From Lepidodermella squamata (taxonomy: Eukaryota; Animalia; Gastrotricha), in contig JBLDXI010000066.1 of the NCBI GenBank assembly GCA_047495785.1, forward strand, positions 620,001-684,000: a stretch of 64,000 nucleotides of DNA. Reading direction: 5' to 3'. The notes below the pieces were generated by a model. That model saw only the letters and a program-made list of their open reading frames with translations, did no database searches and had not been told where the DNA came from. Below, in pieces: positions 1-11,390 of the stretch (positions are counted from its first letter, which is position 1; the number at the start of each line of letters is the position of its first letter). The translations under genes and the position numbers were made by a program.

Positions 1-2
1 AG

Positions 3-122
3 CATACTGGAAATTTGAACGAACAAAGAAAATTTACGGAAAACAAGCGAGTAATTTTAGTGAGCGATTGTCAAATTTGCGGCTCTAAGAAGAGCCAATT
101 TGTGAAAGCACTTAGAGCCTAA
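3..122 (+). CDS. 3' part of a DUF5679-like small zinc-ribbon protein (5' end outside the window)
   Basis: Frame 3 reads HTGNLNEQRKFTENKRVILVSDCQICGSKKSQFVKALRA*. This matches the C-terminal 'xxNxRxxxxxxCxxCGxKKSxFVK' pattern. Confidence 0.65.
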   Translation, partial: HTGNLNEQRKFTENKRVILVSDCQICGSKKSQFVKALRA

Positions 123-145
123 AGTAGTAAGTGCTTTCACAAATT

Positions 146-622
146 ATGGATGAAGAATTCGAATATTGCCTCTCTCTTCTAGCCGAAATCGAAAACAAGA
201 TTGTGAAAAGCCAGTTGAAAACCGAGTGTGAACTCTGCTCATCACTTCTGCAAATTGATCACCATCTTTATATCAATTTTTGTCCTAAATGTGCTATCGT
301 TTATCCTTTTACAGATTATTATCAAAGGGTTAGGCGCTCCGAACCTTACAGGCGAAAATGGCACCTCATGGCTAAAATCAGAAAATTAGGACTAGTTCTG
401 AAATGGTATGAGCTCGATAACATCATGACTCACTTCAAGAAAATAGATAAGCTCTATTCCACGGAATTTCCTGGTAAAAACATGGTCAACGTAGAATTTG
501 TGCTTAAGTACGTTTCACTGAAGCTCGGTTACGAAAACGTCGCTAATAAAATCACTCTGAACCGTTCTAGGGATACGATATTACGTTGGCATGAAAAATT
601 AAATCTAATCAGTTCTTATTAG
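146..622 (+). CDS. VLTF3-like (poxvirus A2-type late transcription factor-like) zinc-finger protein
   Basis: CELC...CPKC Zn knuckles, then YRRKWHL, FKKIDKLY...KNMVNVEFVLKYVSLKLGY...ITLNRSRDTILRW. This parallels the VLTF3 pattern YxRxxH...RKNFLSYxYVLxxLLG...LLKSxxK. First ATG is at 146. Confidence 0.65.
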   Translation: MDEEFEYCLSLLAEIENKIVKSQLKTECELCSSLLQIDHHLYINFCPKCAIVYPFTDYYQRVRRSEPYRRKWHLMAKIRKLGLVLKWYELDNIMTHFKKIDKLYSTEFPGKNMVNVEFVLKYVSLKLGYENVANKITLNRSRDTILRWHEKLNLISSY

Positions 623-627
623 TTGAA

Positions 628-1341
628 ATGAAATCTAGTTCAATTTTTATTCCCAGCGAATGGTCAGGAGGTCTACATGGCTCCGATTTATACCTACGTG
701 CGGATGGAAAGAAAGGGTTTATGAGTAATTTGAATGCAAATAATTTCAAAATTGAAAACCTTGGCCGCCCCGTTTTCGACAATGATGCAGCATCGAAATT
801 GTGGGTTGAAGAAAACACATTGAATGAAAAAGAATCCAGGCGGCTGATCGAATCGTATAAGCCGCTGCAGTACGCTGATGACAGAACCATCGACATGAAT
901 GGCGGTCGAATAACAAACGTGGCATACCCTATAGCTCTTTTTGACGTAGTCAACAAGCAATACGTTGACGGGCAGGTATTTTCAGGCTCCGGCGAGGGTC
1001 ATGCGAGTGACCAAACGCAAATGGTGGTAACAAGGGTTATAACCCACACATTACTGGTTCAAATTAATGACGAATTGTCTTTTCTCGAAAATATTCTGGC
1101 TAATGTGCAATTTTGGTTTAGAGTTTGGGGAAATGTCTCACCTGGTTGCACTTGTGATTTCATGAAAAACGGCAGCGTCCTAATTTCCAAATATTTTTCA
1201 TTCGATTACGAGGCGATCCGTAATATAGCTGAATACTGTACTTTCGTAGAACAGTTTGAGAAAGGTGACACTTTCAATATCGTGATGTCTTCCAGCAAAC
1301 CTATGCCCGTTGAATTTTACTTGAAAATATCTAATTTTTGA
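628..1341 (+). CDS. Fibre/spike-like protein with two YadA-stalk-like repeats and a C-terminal beta-rich head
   Basis: Repeats LNANNFKIENLGRPVFDNDAASKLWVE and IDMNGGRITNVAYPIALFDVVNKQYVD are typical of trimeric fibre stalks. Intronless, 237 aa. Confidence 0.65.
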   Translation: MKSSSIFIPSEWSGGLHGSDLYLRADGKKGFMSNLNANNFKIENLGRPVFDNDAASKLWVEENTLNEKESRRLIESYKPLQYADDRTIDMNGGRITNVAYPIALFDVVNKQYVDGQVFSGSGEGHASDQTQMVVTRVITHTLLVQINDELSFLENILANVQFWFRVWGNVSPGCTCDFMKNGSVLISKYFSFDYEAIRNIAEYCTFVEQFEKGDTFNIVMSSSKPMPVEFYLKISNF

Positions 1342-1347
1342 TAAACG

Positions 1348-1968
1348 ATGAATAGCAGTGATACACAAGTTCATGTGCGAGCTGAGAGTAGTCAGATCTA
1401 TCCAACCGCACCACGCCTATCATTTCCTAGTTCACCAGTGCAAGAATTCAGGCTCTCTGAACTGCGGCGCCTGAAAGAATTTTTGAACAAAGAGATGGAA
1501 ATGAGGTACAAACTATATAGAAAATATAAAAAATGGGCTAAAATCTGTTCGAAATTAAACATTGGTTTAACTGGCGTATCAATCTTGACAGGAATCGGCG
1601 GAATTGGTGTCCTTACTACTGTTGCCGGAATTCCTATCGCAGTTATCCTAGAAGGAGTTGCACTTGGTGGAGGATTTATTAGCATAATTGTGAACTCCGC
1701 GGCGAGTGCCTTGGAAGAGAAAGCCCAGAAGCATGAACGTATATGCACGCTGGCTTCTTCCAAGCTCAACTCGCTGGGTGACATGCTCGCGAAAGCTTTG
1801 GAGGATGGAAACATCACTGAAACTGAATATAATTTGATTATAAAAGAGCATGATAAGTACGTTGATTTGAAACAAAGTCTCAGGGGAAGCCTGAAATTCC
1901 CAACAGATGATGACATGAAAACGCGTATATTGTCTCAAATCACCCACTCGAAATTCAAAAAAAGTTGA
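1348..1968 (+). CDS. Polinton/adintovirus-type membrane protein (PX/'gasderminX'-like)
   Basis: IYPTAP, FRLSEL...RYKLYRKYKK, a Gly-rich hydrophobic hairpin, KAQKHERI...SKLNSL...KALEDGNITETEYNLI. This layout is recurrent in Polinton-associated ORFs. Confidence 0.6.
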   Translation: MNSSDTQVHVRAESSQIYPTAPRLSFPSSPVQEFRLSELRRLKEFLNKEMEMRYKLYRKYKKWAKICSKLNIGLTGVSILTGIGGIGVLTTVAGIPIAVILEGVALGGGFISIIVNSAASALEEKAQKHERICTLASSKLNSLGDMLAKALEDGNITETEYNLIIKEHDKYVDLKQSLRGSLKFPTDDDMKTRILSQITHSKFKKS

Positions 1969-2435
1969 TTGATTGATGGCTTGCCATTTCGGGGCCATCG
2001 ATTTCGCTATTTTTGCATGGGTTTTCTCGCCATCTATTTTCGGTTCACGTTTTTAAGTTAATCACCGCTCATTAGTCTATACTTTGAGGCATCTTTGAGT
2101 GCTCCCGCTTCACCCTTAGCACCGTAATATTTTAGTGTATGCTTGCACGGACAGTAAATTCAAGCTATTCACGAATGGACGCCATTGATGAATGATAGGT
2201 TTTCTTAGCAAAACTAAGAAAGTAGTAAAAATAGCTTTAAACGGGCACCTGCCGCTGCACTTGTTGGCTGATAGTCACTGAATAGCACCTTTTCATTGAC
2301 ATGAGGACAGTGTCCTAATGCCAGAATCAAGGTCATTGGCGTTGTCATGGCTGGCGTCGCTTGGATTCAACGCATCCCTCTCATCCCTCAATCCATTTTT
2401 CTGTGTTCATTTCACGTTTATTGCATGCCATTAAC

Positions 2436-3120
2436 ATGAACTGCGCGGTCATCGTTATACTCATCGCTTTACAGTTAGCAAGTTTTGGGATGTGTTTCAG
2501 CTGTTGGAATGGGACAGTTCCAGACATCACGACAGTTGATGGATGCGGCCAATGTGTCGTAAGATTGCAACAAACGTTTGTATTTATTGATGTTGAAGCG
2601 GATTGTATTGCAGGCAAGTTTCGTAATCGACCAGTCTTCACAAATCAATAGCGTCTATACTTGCAAATTAGCTATTTATTCCTCATCTTGTGATGAGAGC
2701 AAATTGCAGTCACCTGTGGTCAAAGACAATCAGAATTGGGACAACCCGGGTTGGATGTTGTACTGCACGTGCTGCTCTGCAAAATGTTCATCCAGTGGAA
2801 CATTTTGCAATCCAGCTACTGTGCCTTACGACCGATCGGTTAACGATAATATATTCAAACCAGCTTGGCTCGCTTGGGGTGAAAGCCGGCTGAGGCAGCA
2901 GTGGACCGCGTGGCTCTCTTCTGTCGGGTCAAGCTGGACTGTGGATTGGCCCACATGGGCAGGTCTGTCCGCGTGGTACGGTTCGAGCTGGTCGACAAGC
3001 TGGTCGACAAGCTGGCCGTCATCGACCCCTAAATCCAAGGGAATGAAAAACGAGATCTCTAATATCACCTTAATTATGATAATTTTTTTCACCAATTTTA
3101 TATGCACATCTTTACTGTAA
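2436..3120 (+). CDS. Three-finger (Ly6/uPAR/Quiver-like) protein with a Trp/Ser-rich stalk and probable GPI signal; exons 2436-2558 and 2614-3120
   Basis: Signal peptide MNCAVIVILIALQLASFGMC, FSCWNG..CGQC, CTCC...FCN, 55-bp phase-0 GT-AG intron, hydrophobic C-terminus ITLIMIIFFTNFICTSLL. Confidence 0.7.
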
Positions 3121-3442
3121 CTCGAATTATATATAATTTAATATAACCGGCTCATTTGCATCTCAAAGTAAATCAAAGAAAAGGAAAACTACATTTGCTT
3201 TTGCAAGGTGCGCTCACGTCTTCCCATATTTTGGGCGTCCAATACTCCCCCCTTACGCTGAATTTTTGTCCTCATTCGCGGACGCGCAATTGTCATAACA
3301 AATCATTCCAGCAATTTCAAACTCACTAATTAATTATTTGAAACGCCCTTGAAATGTTTTGCCAATTTCCATGGTCAGGCTCGAATTGCCAAAAAGGGCG
3401 TAAGCCGTCAAGTGGCTTAGCTCCGGCAATTCCTATCTGCTA

Positions 3443-3827
3443 TTCCAGCTACTCGATCAGAGACACCTTCGCCAATGCTCTGGGGAGCGATCAGAATGCC
3501 AGAGGTGAGACTGCCTTCGAGGCGATCGAACCCCATAGCTGTGTCTTTATCCGCTCGCAACAGCCAGCACTCCTGCCGATAAGGAACGTAGAAGGCAGAT
3601 CGGCAGGGAGGGTTGTAACTAGCAAGGCATTTGCTTTGACATTGTTCCTGGCTCGAAACAGTGCGGTTGAACGGCTGAATAACGTACAGGTTGAAAGCCA
3701 GATCGGAGAGGTCCACATTTAGGGCTATTTCTTGGGGCTGGAAGTAGCTCGAGCATTTTCCTCGCATTATCATCTCAGCATTCATCGGGTCTAGCAGCCC
3801 TGCGAACAGAAGCAGCAAAGGCACCAT
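3443..3827 (-). pseudogene. Truncated copy (A) of the PAN-CTHRC1 gene family; part of exon 1 only
   Basis: Near-identical to exon 1 of copy C (MVPLLLLFAG vs MVTLLLLFAG) up to DRVAGI. Homology then stops and no downstream exons are present. The upstream region (about 3830-4300) also resembles C's upstream region. Confidence 0.8.
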
Positions 3828-4423
3828 CTTGGAACTTGCAGCTAGGATTAAAAATGACGGCTCCTGCCATTTGACATGCATTCGCCTGGTTCTATCAATA
3901 AATTATGGGAAATGAAGGCAAACAGAGTCATGGTGACGGTCGAATAAACGAGCATATTATTTTATCCTTTGTTCTTTATGTATATAAGTTAGTATCATAC
4001 CCCGGCGGGTAACATGTCGGCACAATGCGAGAGAGTTCACGTACTTATCGAAGTCGTTGGCTTCGTATTCAATATCGGTTCACGTGGTATGATGCTCAAT
4101 ATTCAAATGAATAAATTTAAGGTCACTGTCAATGCTCATGGCTCGAAACAGTGCGGTTGCCCGGCTGAATATCGAATTGCTTTACGAAGAGAATACGCCG
4201 CGGGAGCTATGAAGTTTACTCAATTCGTCAATGTTCTATTTGCAATTCATATTGCCTCTCATTGTCAGGCCTAACTCATTCTTCTATTTTTTGCAAGCTA
4301 TTTCTGGCTTGACCTAATTCACGCCATCAATTGAGATGGTTACACCAGTTATGTGAAGTATATGAACTGAAGGTATCTTGAAAACGCGACAATTATCAAT
4401 GAAGTGTCAAGATTGTTATAGGT

Positions 4424-7293
4424 TCACAGGTTCCCATCGTAGACCTCTTCGACCATCAAGTAAGAAGCGCCTCCCAAAGTGGCGGCGTAGGTCTTGAGGA
4501 AGGATCCCCAGTTTGGATCGAGTCTAGCAAGAGCGAGAGCAATGTTGACCGGACCGGCTGGGATGGTCATCTTACACACTCCTTCCACTGGAGAATTTCA
4601 AGTGACGAGATTCAGTTAAAATGATTGCTAATTGAACTTACCAACTGTAGGCATTGCTCGGCAAAGTCCCCAGCCAGGGGCGTTGAAGAACCACCAGGAC
4701 TCAATTCGCGTTGGATTGCTGCAATCGGCGCCATTGATTGTCACGTACCAGCGAGATGCCTCTGCAGCAGTATTGCCGTTACTGCAGAACTCCTGCATAC
4801 CGTACCATTTAACATGCAATGCCGAGCTATTCTGCAGTTTATTGTAGGTTCGCGTCTGCAGAAATATAAAATATTTGTTCTCAGTGTCCCAAAATACAAA
4901 TATTTACCACTTGCCTACAATTGAATCTACTATCTAGTGCTTATTCCCTTTCTTTATAAGAAATCGAGCTTATAGAAAACGGCTATTTTAAAGCTTTAAG
5001 CTAGTTAAGTTTAGCCCGAAAATAGGAAAGAGTGAATGAAAAATATTTTGCCATCAAATTGGAAATTCGAATGCATACTTACAGCAAGTGGATTCAAACA
5101 AGCATTCCCAGCAGTGGCCCGGCAACTTTCTGTGATCGAAAAGTACTGCCGGTTGTAGTATGGCATTTGAAGGACTGTTCCATCGTTGAGGAGCACTTGT
5201 ATAAGTAATCGAAAAGCAATTGCGGAAATTTTATATGCTGCGTAAAAACTCACAAACGTTGATGGGTAAATTTTCGTGAATTTCTTCGACAATCATTCCA
5301 GACGGCTTGTTTCTTCCAATATCTATCTGACCGCCACTCCCGCCATCGGGGTAGTAGGCGCAACTGTGGTCCCACCAAACTACTATGTCGTATCTGCCTG
5401 CCGGCAGACCACGGCAAACTCCATCAACTTGGCAGTAATTTGAATAAAAATGATAGAAATAATAGCGAATTCTACATACGCTCCAAGTTGTATTGTGATG
5501 GCCCCACGCGAGCTGTTCCAGTGTTGTAAGTATACTCCCTGTAAGCAGTTTCTATCGAATAAGGGTTTGTACAAAGCTGATCGTTGATGGTCACGTAAAA
5601 GCGCGTGCAGCGGTCGTACAGATTGTTGTAAACTGGAGCTTGCCAATAAATCCTGAGGAGGGATGTATCTGATCGCTTCTTGTACTTCCAAACCGCCTAT
5701 CAATGAATAAATTGAATAGAGGCTCTGATGTAAGGAATTAACTTACCCAATCGGTTTTCCCCTTTGTTTGCCAACCATCGAAGGACATTGCTTTCCACTG
5801 TTTCGAAAATGTGTTGTAAACCTTTTCGTATACACGAAGAATTGGTTCGGAATGTTTATGATAAAGCAATTATGTATTACCGTTGCACTCTGGCATCGAG
5901 CTGAGTCATCTGTTGAAAGCAACGGGTCAGTGTTTCAAATAATTTTAACTTGAACAATGGACCTATTTTCATGAGATAGTCCGAAGGGACGTATTCCTCG
6001 ATCAAGATGAAGTTAGGAGCTTTGAAGCCGTTTAGATTGAACCCGATATCACCGCCGTTGCCTTGCGATCCCCAATAGCGATAATCGTAGTAGAAGGTTA
6101 CCGGGTACGTTCCTTTCGGAAGATCAACCAGCATGCACGGGAATTCAGCGTGGAAACTTTTCCCGAAATTATCGCTAGTGTGACCATCGTTGAAGTCGTT
6201 TTGAATCGACCAGAACATGTTATCATCCCCAGCACAGTTGAGATCATTAATATTCGCATAAATATAGATAGTGCGGTAAGGGCAGCAGGCCTGGTTGTAA
6301 TGACCCCAGTGAGCGATTGATATGTGAATCCGAATGTGAGTGAAATCATGCTTCTTCACAAATGTCGTGGTCTGCGAGATAAAATCATGATAATTTAAAA
6401 ATTGGGAAACCACGTTGACCCACCCATAGTTGGAATGGCATGGCACTGCCATATCTTGGCTGGTACATGTCGCCATTCTGAATGATTGTAACGCGACGCG
6501 GGACGTCGAAGCAAGAAGCCATGTCACCTAAAGTTACACGAAATGGTGACTTAAATGAAGCTCAACGCCAGCCGGTTATTTTCAAATTCTGCCTTGAAAC
6601 TTGAACTCAGCAATTAGCAGACTACTCAGACCTCGAAATTTTACATGATACCGGATTTTATGAGTTTATATCAAAGTAAGCGTCAAGCTTAGCTTGAAAT
6701 TCTAATATTCCCTCTGCCCTTGAAAACTTTGAAGCTATCTGCCTAGAAACCATTCATTAGCTTGAGCAATTACTCAATGATTCGTGCACGGCTCTTAAGA
6801 TACCTGCGCAATATGCTGGCGTGCCAGGGCAGTCTTGCAAACAAACTGGCGAGATGGCATCGGCTGAAGGCTGACTGATGGCCGGGCAAAAGCTGTCGCA
6901 GTTATCGAACCCTGTGGTGCGATCGGAGACTCCTTCGCCTATAGTCTGAGGAGCGATCAATATTCCAGATGTCAAGATCCCATCATTTCGATCGAAACCC
7001 ATTGCTGTGTCCTTGTCAGCCCTGAGCAACCAACATTCGTTGCGATTAGGAATGTAAAATGCCGAGCGGCATGGTGGGTTTGCGTTCGACAGGCACTTCA
7101 CCTGGCACTGCTCATGGCTTTTCACAGTTTGATTGACCCCGCGAATGATGTACAGATTCCAGGCAAGATCTGACATGTCGACGTTGAGAGCGACATCTTG
7201 AGCGTGGAAGTAGCTTGAACACTTCCCGCGCATAATGAACTCGGCTGATGAGAGCTGAGCATGGGCTAGGAGAACAACCACTAATATCTCCAT
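4424..7293 (-). CDS. Secreted PAN/apple + 3x CTHRC1 C-terminal-like domain protein, copy B (multi-exon)
   Basis: Signal peptide; PAN-like CQVKC...CRSAFY...ECWL. Three repeats resemble CTHRC1-C (KxxxxSxLRIxW...RxYxTINGxxCxxPxxIE...EGVCxxxPAG...EE). Canonical GT-AG introns give a continuous frame ending YDGNL*. Confidence 0.8.
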
Positions 7294-8396
7294 TTTTGCT
7301 CGATTTGCTCGAACAATATCCCGGAATTACAGCCCCGTTGCGTCAAAAAGTTGCCGCGCGATCGCAATCAATAATGAGGTGACAGGTCCTTTCTACTGCG
7401 CACTCTCACTTTAAGCTGCCCGAAGCTTTGAACGGGCGAGAAATCATATAGCACCTCGGGGTCTGGATTCCTTAAATATTACGGTGTTTCTCTGCTTACT
7501 TAATTGCGCCTTATCGATGTGGAGAGCAGCGCGTGCTGTTCTGTCATTTTCCTTCCTCTCAATGCTAGGACTTGAAGAAACCCAAAAACCTCCTTATTGA
7601 AGTTTTGGCAGCTGTACACACCGAAGGCAAAAAAATACCGGAATTTTTGCCTCATGCCGTTTTTTACAAACTCCCAACCACTGTAATAAATAATTATTGC
7701 CTCAGTCTATGTTGATGACGGTGAAAAAATCAATCTACTTTTGATAAACTAGCCTCACAAGTAGCACAAAAAGCAAGGATAAATTCTGATAAGCATTCGA
7801 TACGCTTTGGGTCACGGAAAACTTAATTCAGACTAATGCGATGGGCAAATTCGCCCTTTCCAATTCAACGTGATGAACGATGAACCACGCAATTATTTTC
7901 CACCCCAATCTATCCTTTGTCACCCGACGTGCTCTGAGGGCGGCGTCTCATAAACGTGACATGCCTTACATAGGCTTACTGAAAAAAAAACCAAAAAACA
8001 AATAGATGAACCTCTTTATGGTCGAAGTCTGGAACTTATGACTGGACTTACGCTCGAAGCGATGATTTAAGTAATAATGGTTTTTTATATGCGTTTACGA
8101 AAAGTTTCACAAATTTCAAAGATTCTTCAGCGTCCTTAAGCTACAGAAATATTGGTCGCAAGCCTCACAATTGTCTTCGTCATTAATTTTATCGATGAGC
8201 CTGCTGAGAAAGAAGAAGCTAAAAAGTATAAGAAAGCACTAGCTAAATTACTTAACGGTGGGGGTATAGTACTATAAAGTAAAGCGATTGTTGAGACATC
8301 TATAATGTTCAATTTCAAACAAAGTCAATACGTTTATTCGAGTCGCCATGAGTTCAATGCATTCCTTTAGTAGTTTCGGCGATTCAAAGACCAACT

Positions 8397-11390
8397 TTAA
8401 ATGTTGCCCTCGTAAACTTCCTCAACCATCAGATAGGCCGATCCGCCAAGAGTTGCTGCGTACGTTTTGGCGAAACCTCCCCAGCTAGGGTGATTTTTCC
8501 CGAAAGCCAACGTGAGCGTTACAGGTCCCGCCGAAATTGGAACCCTGCATACCCCCTCGACTACGAAAAAATAAATTACAATAAAAATGAAATCACAATT
8601 ATTTTGGCAAAGTCATGTCTGACTAACCGACTCTGGGAACGGCTCTGCAGAGACCGTAGGCTACACCGTCGTAATGCCACCAAGATTCGATTGGTGACGG
8701 GCTAGCGCACTCAGCCCCGTTGATCATAATGTAAAACCGAACACTTTCAGCTCCGTTGTTCCCATTCGTACAGAACTCCTGCACTCCGTACCATTTGATA
8801 TGAAGGTTGGACTTTTCCTGTAGCTTTGAATAGGTTCGAGTCTAAGTAACGGAGAAAATGTCATTTCCATGGTTATCTGCGAAAAAATACCGCGATCGTG
8901 CTTAAACAGGCTGCCCCAGCAGTAGCCCGGCAACCTTCTGTTATCGAGAAATACCGCCTATTGTAATACGGCAGTTGGACAACAGTACCATCGTTCGTCA
9001 ATACTGTAACAAGAAGTGATATATCCGGAATGAATTTTGCCGCGAGAGTTGAACTTACAAACGTTGATCGGCAAGTTTTCGTTGATTTCTTCGACAATCA
9101 TTCCCGCAGATTTACCTCGGCCTATATTGATGCTATCACCTGAATTGCCGTCTGTATAGTAAGCACAATTGTGGTCCCACCAAACAGCTATATCGTATCT
9201 CCCTGCCGGCAGTCCTCGGCACACTCCATCAACTATAACGATTGACAAACCCGTTAATTATTTTCTGGTAATAAATGAAAAGTGGGGTTCGGCGTATATT
9301 CTGTATTTTTGAGCAAATAGCAAAAGGTGGGGACGAACTCTGGATTACTCCATGTCCTTACTCCGTTTTTCTTGGGGATTTCAAATTTTCGAAATTCAGA
9401 CCTCCAAGCCGAGACTCAAAAGTCGCCAAAATTCAGGCCGACGTAGAGCTTGATTCCCTCAACATTTTTGAACATCTGATTCATTACCTCAGATCAATCC
9501 AAACATCTCGACTGCACATAGGAATATAACGTCAGAATTGCGTGTCGGTCGCGATTTTTTTTAGAAATTAGCAATTTTGCACCCGTAAACTTTGAAGCTT
9601 ATTCTCTTCGCAACCTTGATGGCTATCAGCCTCTTTTTGATATCGTTCGACTCCTTGAACGCGGCATCAAAATCTCATGATGTTAGAAATTTCGCCAAAC
9701 CACTTGCTAACGGTCATTTGTAACGAGAATTATGTAAAATAAAAAATTGTGTAAGTATGCTCATGTTATGTTACATTTTAATCTTTAATTTAAAAAATAT
9801 ATGAGGCTTATATGAGGCACATATTAGCTAGGGATAAAACATACGTTCAATTGTGATGCCGTACGGTCCAACTCGATATTGGTTGACATTGTAAGTTATC
9901 TCACGGATAACTGTCTCGATCGAGTATGGATTTGTGCATAGCTGATCGTTAATCGTAGCAAATAGACGCGTACAACGATTGTAACTGTTGACAATGATCG
10001 TGGCTTGCCAGTAAATTCGCAGCAGTGAAGTGTCCGATCGCTTTTTGTACTTCCAGATTGCATAGTCTGTTCTGCCACTCGCAAGATTCCCATTGTACGA
10101 CAAACTTACCCATTGATCTGTTACGGTGTTGAAAACCTGGAAAGACGCAATAAAATCGGGGAAATTTCTTCAATACATACTTTCATATGCTTACTGTTGC
10201 GCTCTGACACCTTGCAGTATCGTCTAAAGTTTTAGTTTAGCGAAGTCATGATAAGTGAGGAAGAATTCACCTAGCTTGAATAAGTATTTTGCTGGGATAA
10301 ATTCCTCGACCCAAATCATATTAGGAGACAACCTTCCATTGAGATTGCCACCCAAGTCGATTCCGACGCCTTGGCCCATCCCCCAGGTACGATAGTCGTA
10401 AAAGGTTTTCACGTCATAAGTCCCAGCGGGAATTTCATTCAGCGTGCAAGGAAATTCGGCGTGATGCGAAAACCCATGGTAATCATTATAGCAGCCGTCT
10501 GTAAATTCATTTTGCAGAGCCCAGAAGGCACCCTCATCACCAGCGCAGTTGATTCCATTGACGGTCGCAAACACATAGCCGTCTCTATTTGTGATACTTG
10601 AACCGGCGTTGTAGTGACTCCAATACGCAATGGAAATGTGGATCCGAATGTGTGTGAAATCATGCTTCTTTGTGATAGAGGTTGTCTGACAACAAAATGG
10701 CAGGATTAAGGTTATTCTAGACTACGGGCGGCACAAACGTACCCAAAGTGGTAAAGGTGAAGAAAGTGAGCTTCGCGTATTGCAATTGACCCCATTTATG
10801 TTGATTGTTACTCGACGCGGGAAGTCGAAGCACGACAACATCTCTCCTTCAAAGAAAATAAGACTTATTCCCAAAAATGTGTTGCAAAGGAGTTAGGAAC
10901 CTGCACAGTAAGGTGGCGTATTCGGGCAATCTTGAACACAAACAGGCGAAATCGCAGTGGCCGAGGGAACTGTAATAGCTGGGCAGAAAGTGTCACAGCT
11001 ATCAATTCCAGCTACTCGATCCGAGACACCTTCGCCAATGCTCTGGGGAGCGATCAGAATGCCAGAAGTGAGACTACCTTCCATGCGATCGAACCCTATT
11101 GCCGTGTCTTTATCGGCTCGCAACAGCCAGCACTCCTGGCGATAGGGAATGTAGAAAGCTGTTCGACAGGGAGGGCTGTAGCTCGCTAGGCATTTGCTTT
11201 GACATTGTTCCTGGCTCGAAACAGTTCGGTTGAACGGCTGAATGACGTAAAGGTTGAAAGCCAGATCGAAGAGGTCAACATTCAAAGCTATTTCCTGTGG
11301 TTGAAAGTAGCTGGAACATTTGCCTCGCATTATCATTTCAGCATTCATCGAGCCCAGCAGCCCTGCGAACAGAAGCAGCAAAGTTACCAT
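8397..11390 (-). CDS. Secreted PAN/apple + 3x CTHRC1-C-like protein, copy C
   Basis: Same exon series as B; ATG at 11390; ends VEEVYEGNI* at 8397. Confidence 0.8.
9280..9705. mobile_element. Probable degenerate MITE enlarging an intron of copy C
   Basis: This intron is about 610 bp versus about 50 bp in paralogues. Imperfect terminal inverted repeat AAGTGGGGTTCGGCG / CGCCAAACCACTT. Confidence 0.4.

Larger units (their letters stand above)
1..1968 (+). mobile_element. Part of an endogenous Polinton/Maverick (adintovirus-like) element, continuing left of the window
   Basis: Four co-oriented intronless ORFs separated by only 23, 5 and 6 nt, unlike the intron-rich host genes. The gene set resembles Polinton accessory genes. 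No pPolB, integrase, capsid gene or TIR is inside the window. Confidence 0.7.

Noticed and set aside
1969-2300. Polinton terminal inverted repeat (AGTAGT at 2221)
   Set aside because: A single hexamer in the wrong orientation for a right end; no partner TIR or TSD can be checked in this window.
3828-3881. ORF start MHVKWQE resembling the family's HVKWYGMQE motif
   Set aside because: Too short and lies upstream of the real ATG; may be chance.
7980-8340. Possible coding fragment on + (ATEILVASLTIVFVINFIDEPAEKEEAKKY...)
   Set aside because: No start, splice structure or recognisable motif.
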